A stretch of 64,000 nucleotides of DNA from Methanotrichaceae archaeon (GTDB lineage: Archaea; Halobacteriota; Methanosarcinia; Methanotrichales; Methanotrichaceae): positions 64,001 to 128,000 of the forward strand of contig CAVWIG010000017.1 of assembly GCA_963754945.1 (NCBI GenBank), given 5' to 3'. This document shows, piece after piece, positions 22,091 through 32,028 of this stretch; within the stretch, counting starts at the first letter, position 1; the number at the start of each line of letters is the position of its first letter. The translations under genes and the position numbers were made by a program. Below the pieces are notes generated by a model. That model did not search any database and had not been told where the DNA came from. It saw nothing but the letters and a program-made list of their open reading frames with translations.

Positions 22091-23257
22091 ATGAAATTGA
22101 AACAATTGCCTACAGATTTTATCGTCGAGGAAATCCCCAATATCAGAGTCACTCAGAAAAAAGACGATCAAGCCATATTTCTCCTGGAAAAAAAGGAGAT
22201 TGGTACATATAATGCAATTCACTCTATTGCAAAAAAACTCCATATTCCACTATCTGAAATTGGATATGCAGGACTGAAAGACAAGCATGCTCTAACCAGA
22301 CAGTACATTTCTATTCCAACACACTATAAGGCCCAGAACACAGAGATTGGCGCGCTGAACATTCAGCTTATAGGTTACCACAGGAAAAAAATAAAAATTG
22401 GTGATCTAAAGGGAAACAAATTTACGATTATTGTTCACGATGTCAAAAATAGCGAGTTGGATGATGTTTTCGAGATAGCAAAGACTATTTCCTGCTCCGG
22501 CGTCCCGAATTATTTTGATTCCCAACGCTTTGGCAGTGTCATCAAAAAGGAATTCGTTGCAAAATATGTAATAAAGAAGGATTACGAACAAGCGGTTAAA
22601 CTGTACCTAACTGCTTACCTCGAATCAGAACCAAGAAGGGTTAAAGACGAAAAAAATAAGATCCTTGCCCGGTGGGATGACCTACGCAATGTAGCCGTTG
22701 GGGACAAAGTCTTTGCAATAATAATAAAAGAGTATTTAAAAACAAACCGCTGGCTTGCTGCTTACAAAAGAATACCCGCTAGCTTGAGAGAGATGTTCGT
22801 AAATGCCTACCAGAGCTATATTTGGAATGAGTGCATCAAAGAGGTATTGAAGACCTCTGTTGATGAGAAAAAATTATACCCGATAGATTATGCAGCAGGA
22901 TCGCTGATCTTCTACGAGACTCTTTCAGTGAATGAAATAAAGAAGATCTCGCCTACCTTTAGAACGGTGAGCGACACAGCAATCTTTTCCGACTTTGAGA
23001 AGCGAGTTATTGATTTTGTTCTCGTGAGACAAGGAATCGGACTTGCAGATCTGAATATTGAATCTGAGACGGGGAGTTTCTTTAAGTCACATGCACGCCC
23101 CATAATCGTAATACCGGAGGATTTTTTGATCTCCGATCCTGTGAAGGATGAATTGAATGTTACAAAAAGGTCATCAAAATTTGAGATCGAATTGTCTTTT
23201 TCTTTACCAAAAGGAAGCTATGCGACCATTGTCACAAAACACCTTTTCGGAAACTAA
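22091..23257 (+). CDS. truD: tRNA pseudouridine(13) synthase TruD
   Basis: DFIVEE, YAGLKDKHALTRQ, GNKF, PNYFDSQRFG, AYQSYIWN, FSLPKGSYAT. Confidence 0.93.
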   Translation: MKLKQLPTDFIVEEIPNIRVTQKKDDQAIFLLEKKEIGTYNAIHSIAKKLHIPLSEIGYAGLKDKHALTRQYISIPTHYKAQNTEIGALNIQLIGYHRKKIKIGDLKGNKFTIIVHDVKNSELDDVFEIAKTISCSGVPNYFDSQRFGSVIKKEFVAKYVIKKDYEQAVKLYLTAYLESEPRRVKDEKNKILARWDDLRNVAVGDKVFAIIIKEYLKTNRWLAAYKRIPASLREMFVNAYQSYIWNECIKEVLKTSVDEKKLYPIDYAAGSLIFYETLSVNEIKKISPTFRTVSDTAIFSDFEKRVIDFVLVRQGIGLADLNIESETGSFFKSHARPIIVIPEDFLISDPVKDELNVTKRSSKFEIELSFSLPKGSYATIVTKHLFGN

Positions 23258-23375
23258 GAAACCCGAAGGGCTATCTGGCACGCCAAAGTCACAGCTCGCC
23301 CCGGAAGGACCTGTCGAGGATGGAAGGCAACAGCCGTGTCCAGCTCGGCACTTTGCCTTATCACAGGATGGCTAA

Positions 23376-23929
23376 TCACGAGCTGCCAGTTAGTCCTTTT
23401 GCCACGGCATCTCTCCTTATGGCATCAACACTTTTCACTGCTAAACTGGCTTCATCAACCTTAATATGAGGTTTCAGCTCAGTAATCCGAAATTCTCTTG
23501 ATTTTTCCATCCCATCCGGATTGAGAGTAACGTATAGGGCAGTAGCAAGACGTTCAAGATCTGCAACGCCTAATTTCCCGATCTTCTCGGCGATGAACTG
23601 AATTTCTTTTGCGTAGCTACTTAGAGTCTTAGGAAATTGCCAAGAAATTCTCGGCTCTCCTCAGTGGGAAATAAGCTTGGTCCATAGGGAATACGTGGTT
23701 GATATTGAAGTAAGGCATCAGCTCGCATTGCTGTTATCTCGTCACTAAGATCGAAAGAGAATGGCCCGTGCTTGTAAAGCATGAACTCGAAACCCGTCGG
23801 AACCCTCAGAAGCTCTTGCAGGAAATATGTGGCTTTCTGTATGTGGGTTTCACCACACCAACTTCCTTTGGCCTTCATCTCTTTTATTAGCGATAGCAGT
23901 ACAGCTTCTCGCTGCAACCTCTTCATCAT
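23376..23929 (-). pseudogene. YwgA/DUF4065-like wHTH protein, one frameshift at about 23637
   Basis: GETHIQKATYFLQE..F.LYKHGPFSFDL motif; continues in another frame FPKTLSSYAKEIQF..LERLATALYV..TGSS-stop. Confidence 0.7.
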
Positions 23930-25255
23930 ACCTCTTCCACCTCTCTCGAAGTGATAATCTTCTTTCGATTCTTATCGAGCCAAGTTTCAGCTTGGTTTCT
24001 GTACTTCGGGCTTATATAAACGTAATCAATTGCCACCACAGGCACTCTCTCAAGAGTATCTGATTCTGAAAGAGAGGAAACGATTCGGCCATCCCTTGAA
24101 AGAACCGGAAAGTTCAAGCCGCCTCCTTTCTGGATATCTTTCTCATACCTCACCTCTGATTCTCCGTACTCATTGCATGCCGCCTTGAAAACAGCCATAC
24201 CAGCTTCACGATTTATATCGAGATCTTCCCGAGTTCTCCTGTAAAGCAGCCTGAAATGCTCCCTCTTGGCAATCCGGCGGGCAGGATCGTGTCCTGGATG
24301 TTTGTCGTCTCTGTTTGCCCTGAATAGCTCCGATATGACTTCATTATCCGTTATCTGAAGAAGAGCCCTTATCGATGTTGGGAACATTCCCCCTTGCAAC
24401 CAGCTCTTCAAGAAGTCCTTGAGGTGAATGTCGTATATCCTCCGAACATGATGGCAATAGACTTGTGTAAACATAAAATATCTCGCCAGGAGCAATGCTT
24501 CAGCTGAGTGCAGTCCGCCCTCTTCTATGCCAAGAGCAGGTTCCTGAGAACCTGGCTCTTCTTCGGAGGCTCGATCCACCTTTGGCAAGATTCGAAGGGT
24601 ATCGATGAGCCGGTATTGGTCGAATCGTCCGTAGGCGACACCTATATGATACGAATCCCGAAGCAAATAATCCATTCTATCTACTCCGAAGGCATCGCCC
24701 ACTATTATCTCGGAGAGAATAGCCTCCCAATCATTGAACTTGCTTTCCTTGTAGTACTTGGGGCCAACTGCCAGCTTGGCGACATCTTCCGAATTCACCT
24801 TGATCTGATTCCAAATTTGATCCATCTCTTCGCTTCTAATTATTTCCAGGGTCAGACGTTCATGGTTCCAACCCTCGGGAAGCAGATCGCTCTCAGCAGC
24901 ATGAGAGAATGGAAGGTGACCCAGATCGTGACACAATGCGGCCATCCTCAAAGCCCTTTTCCAATACTTTAGATCAAAGTCTATCGGAACTATCTCTCGC
25001 ACTGAATCATGATGGATATTGACTGGATCCGTAACGATATCGTATACTCTGCTTGCAAGCTCCATTACTCCAAGAGAATGCTCGAACCTGCGATAGAGTA
25101 GCTCCAGGATACAACAAATACGTCAAAGCAAGCTGGTGGATATGCCGAAGCCTCTGGAAAGGTACCGAATCTAAGACCTTTATTTCTTCTGGATCTAGCC
25201 TTATGAAATTATGGATCGGGTCCCGGATCTCCTGTTGATTTGACATCAAGCTCAT
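23926..25255 (-). pseudogene. HD-domain dNTP triphosphohydrolase (YwfO/SAMHD1-like), one frameshift at about 25095
   Basis: IRDPIH, FQRLRHIHQL, YPGAT(H)RRFEHSLG, ALCHDLGHLPFSH, DRMDYLLRDS, QVY.H. Confidence 0.85.
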
Positions 25256-25293
25256 GGAGGCAACTCTCTAAAATTAAGTAGATTCTTTATATT

Positions 25294-25740
25294 TAGGACT
25301 TACGCAGTTGAATCTTTCGACAATGAATAATAAGGATATTTTATATATTCGCGAATTGACTCGCGAATAATTCTTCGCTTAGATTCGAACCAACTTATTC
25401 CTATTCTAAGCCTTTCTACTTCTAATCTGAGAAACGCTCTCAGGGAGAACATTATGTGTGCTCTCTGGGACTGACTTTTTCTTGCTTGACAGCTTTCGAC
25501 TCCACAGAATTGCTTTATGCCTCTGTGATATTCCTCAATCTTCCAGGAATATCCACCAAATTTTTCGCGTTTAGCTTCGTCTATCTCCAGCACGTCAGTT
25601 GCCCAGTATCCTATGTCACCGTCATTAGAGACTATTCGGAATACTTTTATAAAACCATAAGCTTTTAAATGCACTTCCCTGCCTTGCAACGGTATCTCTA
25701 TCTCCTGAATTTGCATATTTTTGGTGTTATTCGGATTCAC
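25294..25740 (-). mobile_element. 3' remnant of an IS701-like (IS4 superfamily) transposase with its right end
   Basis: WKIEEYHRGIKQFCGVESCQARK...QRAHI motif; cut off at the IS630 junction. Confidence 0.72.
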
Positions 25741-25742
25741 TA

Positions 25743-26924
25743 GTGCACCATAACATTAATTTTGCAAATTAATATAATGCCTGTTTAGCTTTAATCTTGC
25801 ATCATTCTTCGTGAATTTCCATCTTACAGTAGTTTTTTTTGCGTTACGTTCTTGTGCCCACACCGAAGCCTCTTTGGTTAAAGTATCGATGTCTCCAATC
25901 CGACGATCGAGGCATTGCTTCGATAGGGCTGAGAGTTCTATCTCAGCCATGTTGAGCCAGCTACCTTTCTTTGGCGTATAATAATATTCGAACTCCTTAG
26001 CCAGCTCAAACGCCTCTTCAGGCGCAAAAGCATTATAAAATGAGCCTGAAGTATGCGTATTGAGATTATCCTGGACCAATCGAATGGATTCTACACCTGG
26101 ATATTGCTGGGTAAGTTCTTTCATGAAATGGGCGTAGTCCACCCTTGTCCTGTGCTCCATGACACGAATCATTCTTTTTCCTGCATGAAGATCAAAAGCA
26201 ATAAGGATGCAACATGTCCCGTTACGGACGTATTCATAATGCACCTTCTTCGGACTGCCTGGTTTCATGGGTATAGGCACTAAGACATCGCCTATCAGTT
26301 GGCATGGCCTCTCGTCGAAACAAACCACAGGATGCCTCGGATCATATGGTTGCTCGTACAGAGTTAATACATTTTCCATGTTCCAGATATATTCGCTCGT
26401 CATGCTCCCTATGCACCATCGCTGTTTGAGCCATGGCTTTATTTCATTTTTTTTAACGCTCTGCAAACGCTCATTCCTGAGATCGAGTCCACTTCCCCCA
26501 GCTCAACAAGCTTGTCGGCCAATAGATTCAGCGTCCATCTCGATCTGCCTTCAGGCGGATCTGAGCAAGCAATGCCGGTCAGTTTAGCCTCAACTCGTGC
26601 ATCTATCTTCGGAGGCGCTCCACTGCGAGATCTTTCATTCAATGCAGATTCCAGGCCACCCTCGAAATATCTCTTTCTTATCCTCACTATTGTCGTTCTG
26701 CTCGCCTTCAATGCATCAATGATCTCCGCATCGGATTGCCCTTCGTCGGCCAGGAGCAGTATTCTTGCGCGAGTTAAACTCCTTGCAGACGACTTCCCAC
26801 GACGGATGTACTGGTTCAACTCTTCTCGTTCTTTCTCTTCCAGTTTCACACAGAATTTTGTTTTTCTTGCCACGATCTATATTCTAGACCTTTTATAAGA
26901 TTTAAAACTTGCGTTATGGTGCAC
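25743..26924 (-). mobile_element. IS630-family element, copy 2 (1182 bp, intact)
   Basis: Perfect terminal inverted repeats GTGCACCATAAC, TA/CTAG flanks. Confidence 0.93.
25756..26873 (-). CDS. IS630 transposase (orfA 26439-26873 plus orfB 25756-26466, probable programmed -1 frameshift)
   Basis: HTH orfA, DDE orfB, overlap at an A8 slippery run. Confidence 0.88.
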
Positions 26925-26926
26925 TA

Positions 26927-27205
26927 GTCATATGCAGCTTAATCCTTTTGGCCTTGGCTTTGATTTGCGAAGCAACCGCGCCAGTTCAATTAACTGGAAG
27001 CAACGGTCAAGCCATTTTGGGCCAAATAGCGGGGTCTGCACAAGCCAATAACACCTCAGCGAATTCTGGTCAAACCAATAATATCTCGACAAATACCAAT
27101 CTTGGGAATTGGGGCGGCGCTCCGATAGGATATGAGCTAAATAAATCCGGAATATTGACTCCCTCCCAGTGGGAAAATGATGGTGAATGGACCCCTAGTA
27201 TCTGA
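26927..27205 (+). pseudogene. Small secreted protein lacking its native start
   Basis: Signal-peptide remainder VICSLILLALAL begins at the IS630 junction; the track start codon lies inside the IS inverted repeat. Confidence 0.55.
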
Positions 27206-27282
27206 AATCTTTATGAGGCGAGCTGGTAGATCATGCATATTGCGATGAACTTTATCTAAATCAAAATGAATGAGGAGGTATC

Positions 27283-28005
27283 ATGACAAAAACAGGAATC
27301 CTACTGATTTTCGCATTTGTAGTTGCATCAAGTTTGGCACCTGCTGCTTTCGCGGTGTGTGAGAATTGCGGCGTAGACCCTACTGATCAGGATTGGGCCT
27401 CAAGTGTAGCCAGTTTTATGGAAGGCAAGCCCGTAGATGATACACCATCAGATTTGACCCCCGCGCAGCAGTACAGACTCAGAAATACAGAATTCAATTC
27501 CAGTTTACTCACGTCAAGTCCCAGCCAAGCTTCAAATGAGGTCAGCAACCCAGTGGCAAGTAACACAGCGGCAAGCAACGCAGCAGTGCCGCCAACACAA
27601 ACTACGATGCCAAAGCTCAACATTGTTCTAAACGACATACGAGCTATGCCCAATCCGGCGAATTTTAGTGCTCCAGTTTTGATAACAGCGGTTTTCGGAA
27701 ACAACAGCTCGATTGATGCAACTCCGAATAGCCTCTCGACAAGCGCAGATTTGACCTATATGGCAGTTTATGCAGGCATCAAGAACTCAGCAGGAACTGA
27801 GATTGGCAGAGTGAATATGCAACGAACATCTGGGAGTGAATATGCCGGGATCTGGAACGCCAACGTGGCATCAGGAACATATAAGGCAACAATTGATGCA
27901 TCTGGATCTGGAGGATCAAAGACGTTCAATGACGCCTTGCAGATAGTGGTAAACGGCTCTAAAAATAGCCCCAACACCATTCATGCTGTTCGAAATCTAG
28001 GATAA
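27283..28005 (+). CDS. Secreted CxxC protein with C-terminal beta-sandwich domain
   Basis: Signal peptide, VCENCG; C-terminal domain homologous to the C-terminus of the rhodanese at 57296-58180. Confidence 0.75.
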   Translation: MTKTGILLIFAFVVASSLAPAAFAVCENCGVDPTDQDWASSVASFMEGKPVDDTPSDLTPAQQYRLRNTEFNSSLLTSSPSQASNEVSNPVASNTAASNAAVPPTQTTMPKLNIVLNDIRAMPNPANFSAPVLITAVFGNNSSIDATPNSLSTSADLTYMAVYAGIKNSAGTEIGRVNMQRTSGSEYAGIWNANVASGTYKATIDASGSGGSKTFNDALQIVVNGSKNSPNTIHAVRNLG

Positions 28006-28342
28006 GATTGGCAGGCCGAAGTATTGGTTCATGATTCCGAGAGTACACCACTTGCTTGAAGGCCATTACTCTTTTTTGTCCTTCTGAGCTTCGAATAAGT
28101 TCTATCTCGTCCTAGCTCTCAGTCCCTCGTCGTGGCATTTCAGTCAGACTATACCACATCTTTATATGTGCTAAATGTCGATACGTAATCAGGCAAGAGT
28201 CTTGCGTCCACTTCCTCTGTCCTACATCAATGGACTTTTGCCTCCATCCTTTTCATTCTCAGATTTGAGTGCCTTTAACTTACATCTGTCGAAAGTCGAA
28301 TATGTCTTAGACATAAGTCGATAGTACAGAACAAGAGGACAT

Positions 28343-28630
28343 ATGTCATACTATCATCCGATGATGCATCCCTTTATAGGAATTGGAATTGGCCTATTTT
28401 GGCCGATAATCGTAATAGCCGTAGCTTATCTTATTTACAAGCTGATCAAGAGTGAGAAGATCCTCGTACCAAGCAGGCCAGCTATCAGAAGCGCCGAGGA
28501 TATTCTGGCTGAGAGGTATGCAAAGGAAGAGCTGACCCGAGAGCAGTACGTGCAGATGAAAGAAGACTTGAAGAAAGTCCAATTGACAGAAGCCTTAGGG
28601 GGGAGTACCCAGGCCGTACCACGTTTTTAA
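28343..28630 (+). CDS. SHOCT-domain membrane protein
   Basis: TM helix then AEDILAERYAKEELTREQYVQMKEDL. Confidence 0.8.
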   Translation: MSYYHPMMHPFIGIGIGLFWPIIVIAVAYLIYKLIKSEKILVPSRPAIRSAEDILAERYAKEELTREQYVQMKEDLKKVQLTEALGGSTQAVPRF

Positions 28631-29638
28631 ATGTGTTAGACCCCAAACATGCATGTGGGCAAAAGTCACGAATCACCTTTAGACCGATGCATCCCAATTG
28701 CACCAAACCATTGACTTTTGCCCGCTTCATTATCAGCTCAGATGCAAGTCTTTTCAAAGTCTTGCTATGAATAATAGCTTCAGGAGAGCAAGCTTGGTAG
28801 GGAGCTTCATCATATTTCCCTTCTGCTTGTTCAGCCTAGTATCGATTATCTGCGTTTCCTCTATCACCAGACCTGTCTCAGTCCAGATCTTGTTGAGATG
28901 GCCGCAGGAGTATACTCCTCTTCTTCAAGCTCTCTGATCCTCTTGAGAATCTTGGACGGGATATCAGACTCGGCTGCTGGCTCAACAGGCTGGTTTGTCC
29001 TGGCTGATTCGAGTTTGGATTGGGATGATTTTATCTCAAAAGTCTTGCCTTCATCCTTCGGGGTCTGGTGGGCTTCCTTGGGCTCCTTTCTGGTCATGAA
29101 TGCGATTCTGCCTCGACCCGCTGCCATGTAAAGAAAATATCACGTTTTGCTAGCTCTTCGGAGATCTCTCGGCTTGTCTTCCCCTCAGCATTCATGCGCT
29201 TGATTTCTTCATCTACTTCTGGAGCCATCGAAGTATCCTATCGAACGTACTTATTCTTCTTTGGTTCGGTTGGCTCTCTGTGGGACTGCTTCGTAGATTT
29301 TAAGGTCTATGAAAGGCTGATATCTTATCTTAATCAAGTCCTGGATCTCAGCGTGGTAGGAAGGATTTTCCATTCCTGCAAAATGGATTCCCGGGGCTTC
29401 CCTTCCACTTAGCATATCAATTCTTCCTGTTTGCCAACAACGCTTTGCCTAGCTATCCCACAGTTATGAGGAGATCTCTGGCGAAGCTTGCGCATCAAGG
29501 CCGCAGATCATGGTCGTAAAGGTCATTTTAAAAATTAATTTTGGACGCTTTATGAATATGTCGAAGCTGAATGGAATATAGGCTGGCATCAATCGATGAC
29601 CAGATAAGGATGGATATAATATCAAGATTGGTGGAATC

Positions 29639-30169
29639 GTGCAGAATAAGATTTTAGCAATAACGGCACTTATAGTGCTCTTAATACCAGCAATGGCGGA
29701 ATTAACTGATTACCAGAAGGGCGTACAAGCCGGTATCCAAGCGGGCTTTTCAATGGGCAGATCTTACCAACAATCGTATGACGGGACGCTCGACACGGGA
29801 CGATATAACCAAGCGATTAACCAATATAATCAGTTTATACAATCCATATTTGCAGGCAACCAAACGGCGATAAACACTTTATTGATTAATCCAACGTCGG
29901 CTGCAACGACGGATGTTTCGCCCAATATGTATCCCGCGTCAACTGCGAATTATAAACCTATCCACGCGATAGATGCGAGTTGGAATCAGACGACTCGGGC
30001 AGTTGCGGCACCACCACAAGGTCAAACAATTTACGGCGAACCAATAGATGCTTATTGCACGGATAACCCAGATGCTCCAGCCTGTAACTTGCAAAATACG
30101 CCGTATACCGGATCTCAGATCAATCCTGATACTAATCAACCCTATGGTCAACCCTTGGGAGGCGTATAG
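29639..30169 (+). CDS. Secreted hypothetical protein
   Basis: Signal peptide; DYQKGV..G; PIHAID motif. Confidence 0.7.
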   Translation: MQNKILAITALIVLLIPAMAELTDYQKGVQAGIQAGFSMGRSYQQSYDGTLDTGRYNQAINQYNQFIQSIFAGNQTAINTLLINPTSAATTDVSPNMYPASTANYKPIHAIDASWNQTTRAVAAPPQGQTIYGEPIDAYCTDNPDAPACNLQNTPYTGSQINPDTNQPYGQPLGGV

Positions 30170-30263
30170 CGCCTCCATTATTTTCATTCCAGAACTGCCA
30201 CAAAATCTAGCCCCTGCCTATTCCAGGTTTGGATGAGGTTTGTTTGGGGCGTATCTCTGGCTC

Positions 30264-30535
30264 CTAGCTATCTTCCCTGTATCCTTTTGGTTCATCTACG
30301 ATCTCGATAGTAGCAATAGCGTGCTTAAATACCAGGAGTTGCCCTTTTGCAGTCTGGATTAGGATCTCGTGGGGGTTGTAGCCTTCCAGGGTTCCGGTAA
30401 ACAGGCTGGCCTCCTGAGATCAGGCGGATAATGACCTTCTTGCCTTTGAGTTCGGGATCAATTGTGGTCCGTGTCTCTCTGCCACACTCTTTGTTCTTGG
30501 ACCGCTGCTTTTTGATCTATTTCTTTGGTTGTCAT
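30264..30535 (-). pseudogene. Hfq-like Sm-fold RNA-binding protein, frameshifted
   Basis: ELKGKKVIIRLISGGQPV/TGTLEGYNPHEILIQTAKGQLLVFKHAIATI; [YF]KHAI is the Hfq Sm2 signature; at least 2 frameshifts. Confidence 0.75.
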
Positions 30536-30559
30536 GTTACTTCCAGAATGCCTTGGGAA

Positions 30560-30712
30560 TTACTTTTTGGCAAGAGCCTTTTCCACCTGTTCATAAAGCT
30601 CAGGGTACTTCTTCCCTAACCTTTTCTCTAGGATGGTCCTGGCCTCATCAGATATGGAAAGCTCCGGAGTGGTCTTCTTCAGGTACCACAGCACAGCTGA
30701 GATTTCTGGGCA
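30560..30712 (-). pseudogene. Truncated small helical protein upstream of the Hfq-like gene
   Basis: PEISAVLWYLKKTTPELSISDEARTILEKRLGKKYPELYEQVEK; no start codon. Confidence 0.4.
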
Positions 30713-30843
30713 CTATAATGCTACTGTTTGCCCATTCACCCTTATGAAAGATCAATAATGGGTGAACTAAGAGCCTTATGTGTCATCCCTGAGTTATGGC
30801 ATGTCCTGTACACATAAAGGCTAAAGGGTGTAGGGACTGTCCT

Positions 30844-31092
30844 CTATTTCAGAATGAATTCTTTGGGCCTTTGCTCAGTTTTCTCATGATCAGGTTTTGC
30901 ATAGCAGACCTCTTCATATAGATTCAGTATCATTTCCTCCACTTCCGAGATCCTGACACCAAAGATCTCGGCCAGTATCTCCTTGGCGGCCTGAAGTTCG
31001 AGAACCCTTAGCTCCACCTTCGGAGCCGAAGAGCTATGCACAACAACCAGCTTCTTTTGCGGCCATCTTATTTTCTCAAGAACTCCAGCCAT
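30844..31092 (-). CDS. Hypothetical protein
   Basis: 82-aa ATG ORF with plausible composition. Confidence 0.5.
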   Translation of the reverse strand: MAGVLEKIRWPQKKLVVVHSSSAPKVELRVLELQAAKEILAEIFGVRISEVEEMILNLYEEVCYAKPDHEKTEQRPKEFILK

Positions 31093-31228
31093 AATAAGCT
31101 ATTACTACGTCATGAACAACAGGATTACAATCAGATGCATCAGGTTCTCGATAACCTTAAAGAGGTATGTTCTACGATAACAAAAGGAAACCCTTAAAAT
31201 AGATCTTCCTCAATACCAACTACCTTCC

Positions 31229-31288
31229 AGGTGATGGGGTCCGCCTAGGCAAAGGCCTGAACTGCCACTGAGGCTGATGACTCCTGCC
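31229..31288 (+). ncRNA. Fluoride (crcB motif) riboswitch
   Basis: GGTGATGGGGTCCGCC...AACTGCC-ACTGA-GGCTGATGACTCCTGC fits the consensus GGCGAUGGnGUUCGCC..AACCGC..GCUGAUGACnCCURC, including the pseudoknot pairing. Confidence 0.85.
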
Positions 31289-31295
31289 ATAATAG

Positions 31296-31793
31296 ATGAA
31301 ATTGCTGGAGAATGGTAGGTTGATGAGGATATCCCGTCCAACTCTGCTGGTATTGCTAACGTCCGCCCAATGTCAGCAGACCGCGAAAGTTTGGTTCGAC
31401 AAAGGAGTTGCTCTCTATGGTAAGGGCAAGTACAATGAAGTCATTCTGGCATGTGATAAAGCCATCCAGCTAAAACCAGATGATGCCGAGGCCTACAACA
31501 ATAAAGGACTTGCTCTCGATGGCCTAAACAAGTACGATGAAGCCATTCAGGCTTATGATAAAGCCATCCAGCTAAAACCGGATCTTGCCGAGGCCTACTA
31601 CAATAAAGGATTTGCTCTCTATGGTCAGGGCAAGTACAATGAAGTCATTCAAGCTTTCGACAAGGCTATCCAGCTAGAACCAGATGATGCTGATGCCTGG
31701 TACAACAATGGAATTGCTCTCAAAGCCCTCGGAAGGACGACCGAATCAAATGCTGCATTCGCCAAGGCTAAGGAGCTGGGATATAAAGGCTAA
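31296..31793 (+). CDS. Tetratricopeptide repeat protein (start possibly 31323)
   Basis: 34-aa repeats YDEAIQAYDKAIQLKPDxAEAYxNKG; C-terminal AAFAKAKELGY. Confidence 0.9.
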   Translation: MKLLENGRLMRISRPTLLVLLTSAQCQQTAKVWFDKGVALYGKGKYNEVILACDKAIQLKPDDAEAYNNKGLALDGLNKYDEAIQAYDKAIQLKPDLAEAYYNKGFALYGQGKYNEVIQAFDKAIQLEPDDADAWYNNGIALKALGRTTESNAAFAKAKELGYKG

Positions 31794-32028
31794 AGGCTTA
31801 GGTCGTGCCGAGATTACCTGTAATCTCCAGGCTACGCAGCTGGGATATAGCTATCGATATGGTTTTTGCATCTGCGATTACGTGCGGGGGATAAGACCCC
31901 GCACGTTGGCACAAAAGATAAAGGGTATGTGGAGGACAAACATTCAGACCAGCATCAGCTACATATTGTAATAACGACTGCTCTGAAACGCACTCCAATC
32001 GTCCAATCGTTTGTTCGGTCTTACATCT

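Noticed and set aside
31400-31720. Roughly 102-bp tandem repeats
   Set aside because: Explained by TPR coding repeats
31880-31906. Perfect 10-bp hairpin ACGTGCGGGG/CCCCGCACGT
   Set aside because: Single instance; cannot distinguish terminator from mobile-element relic
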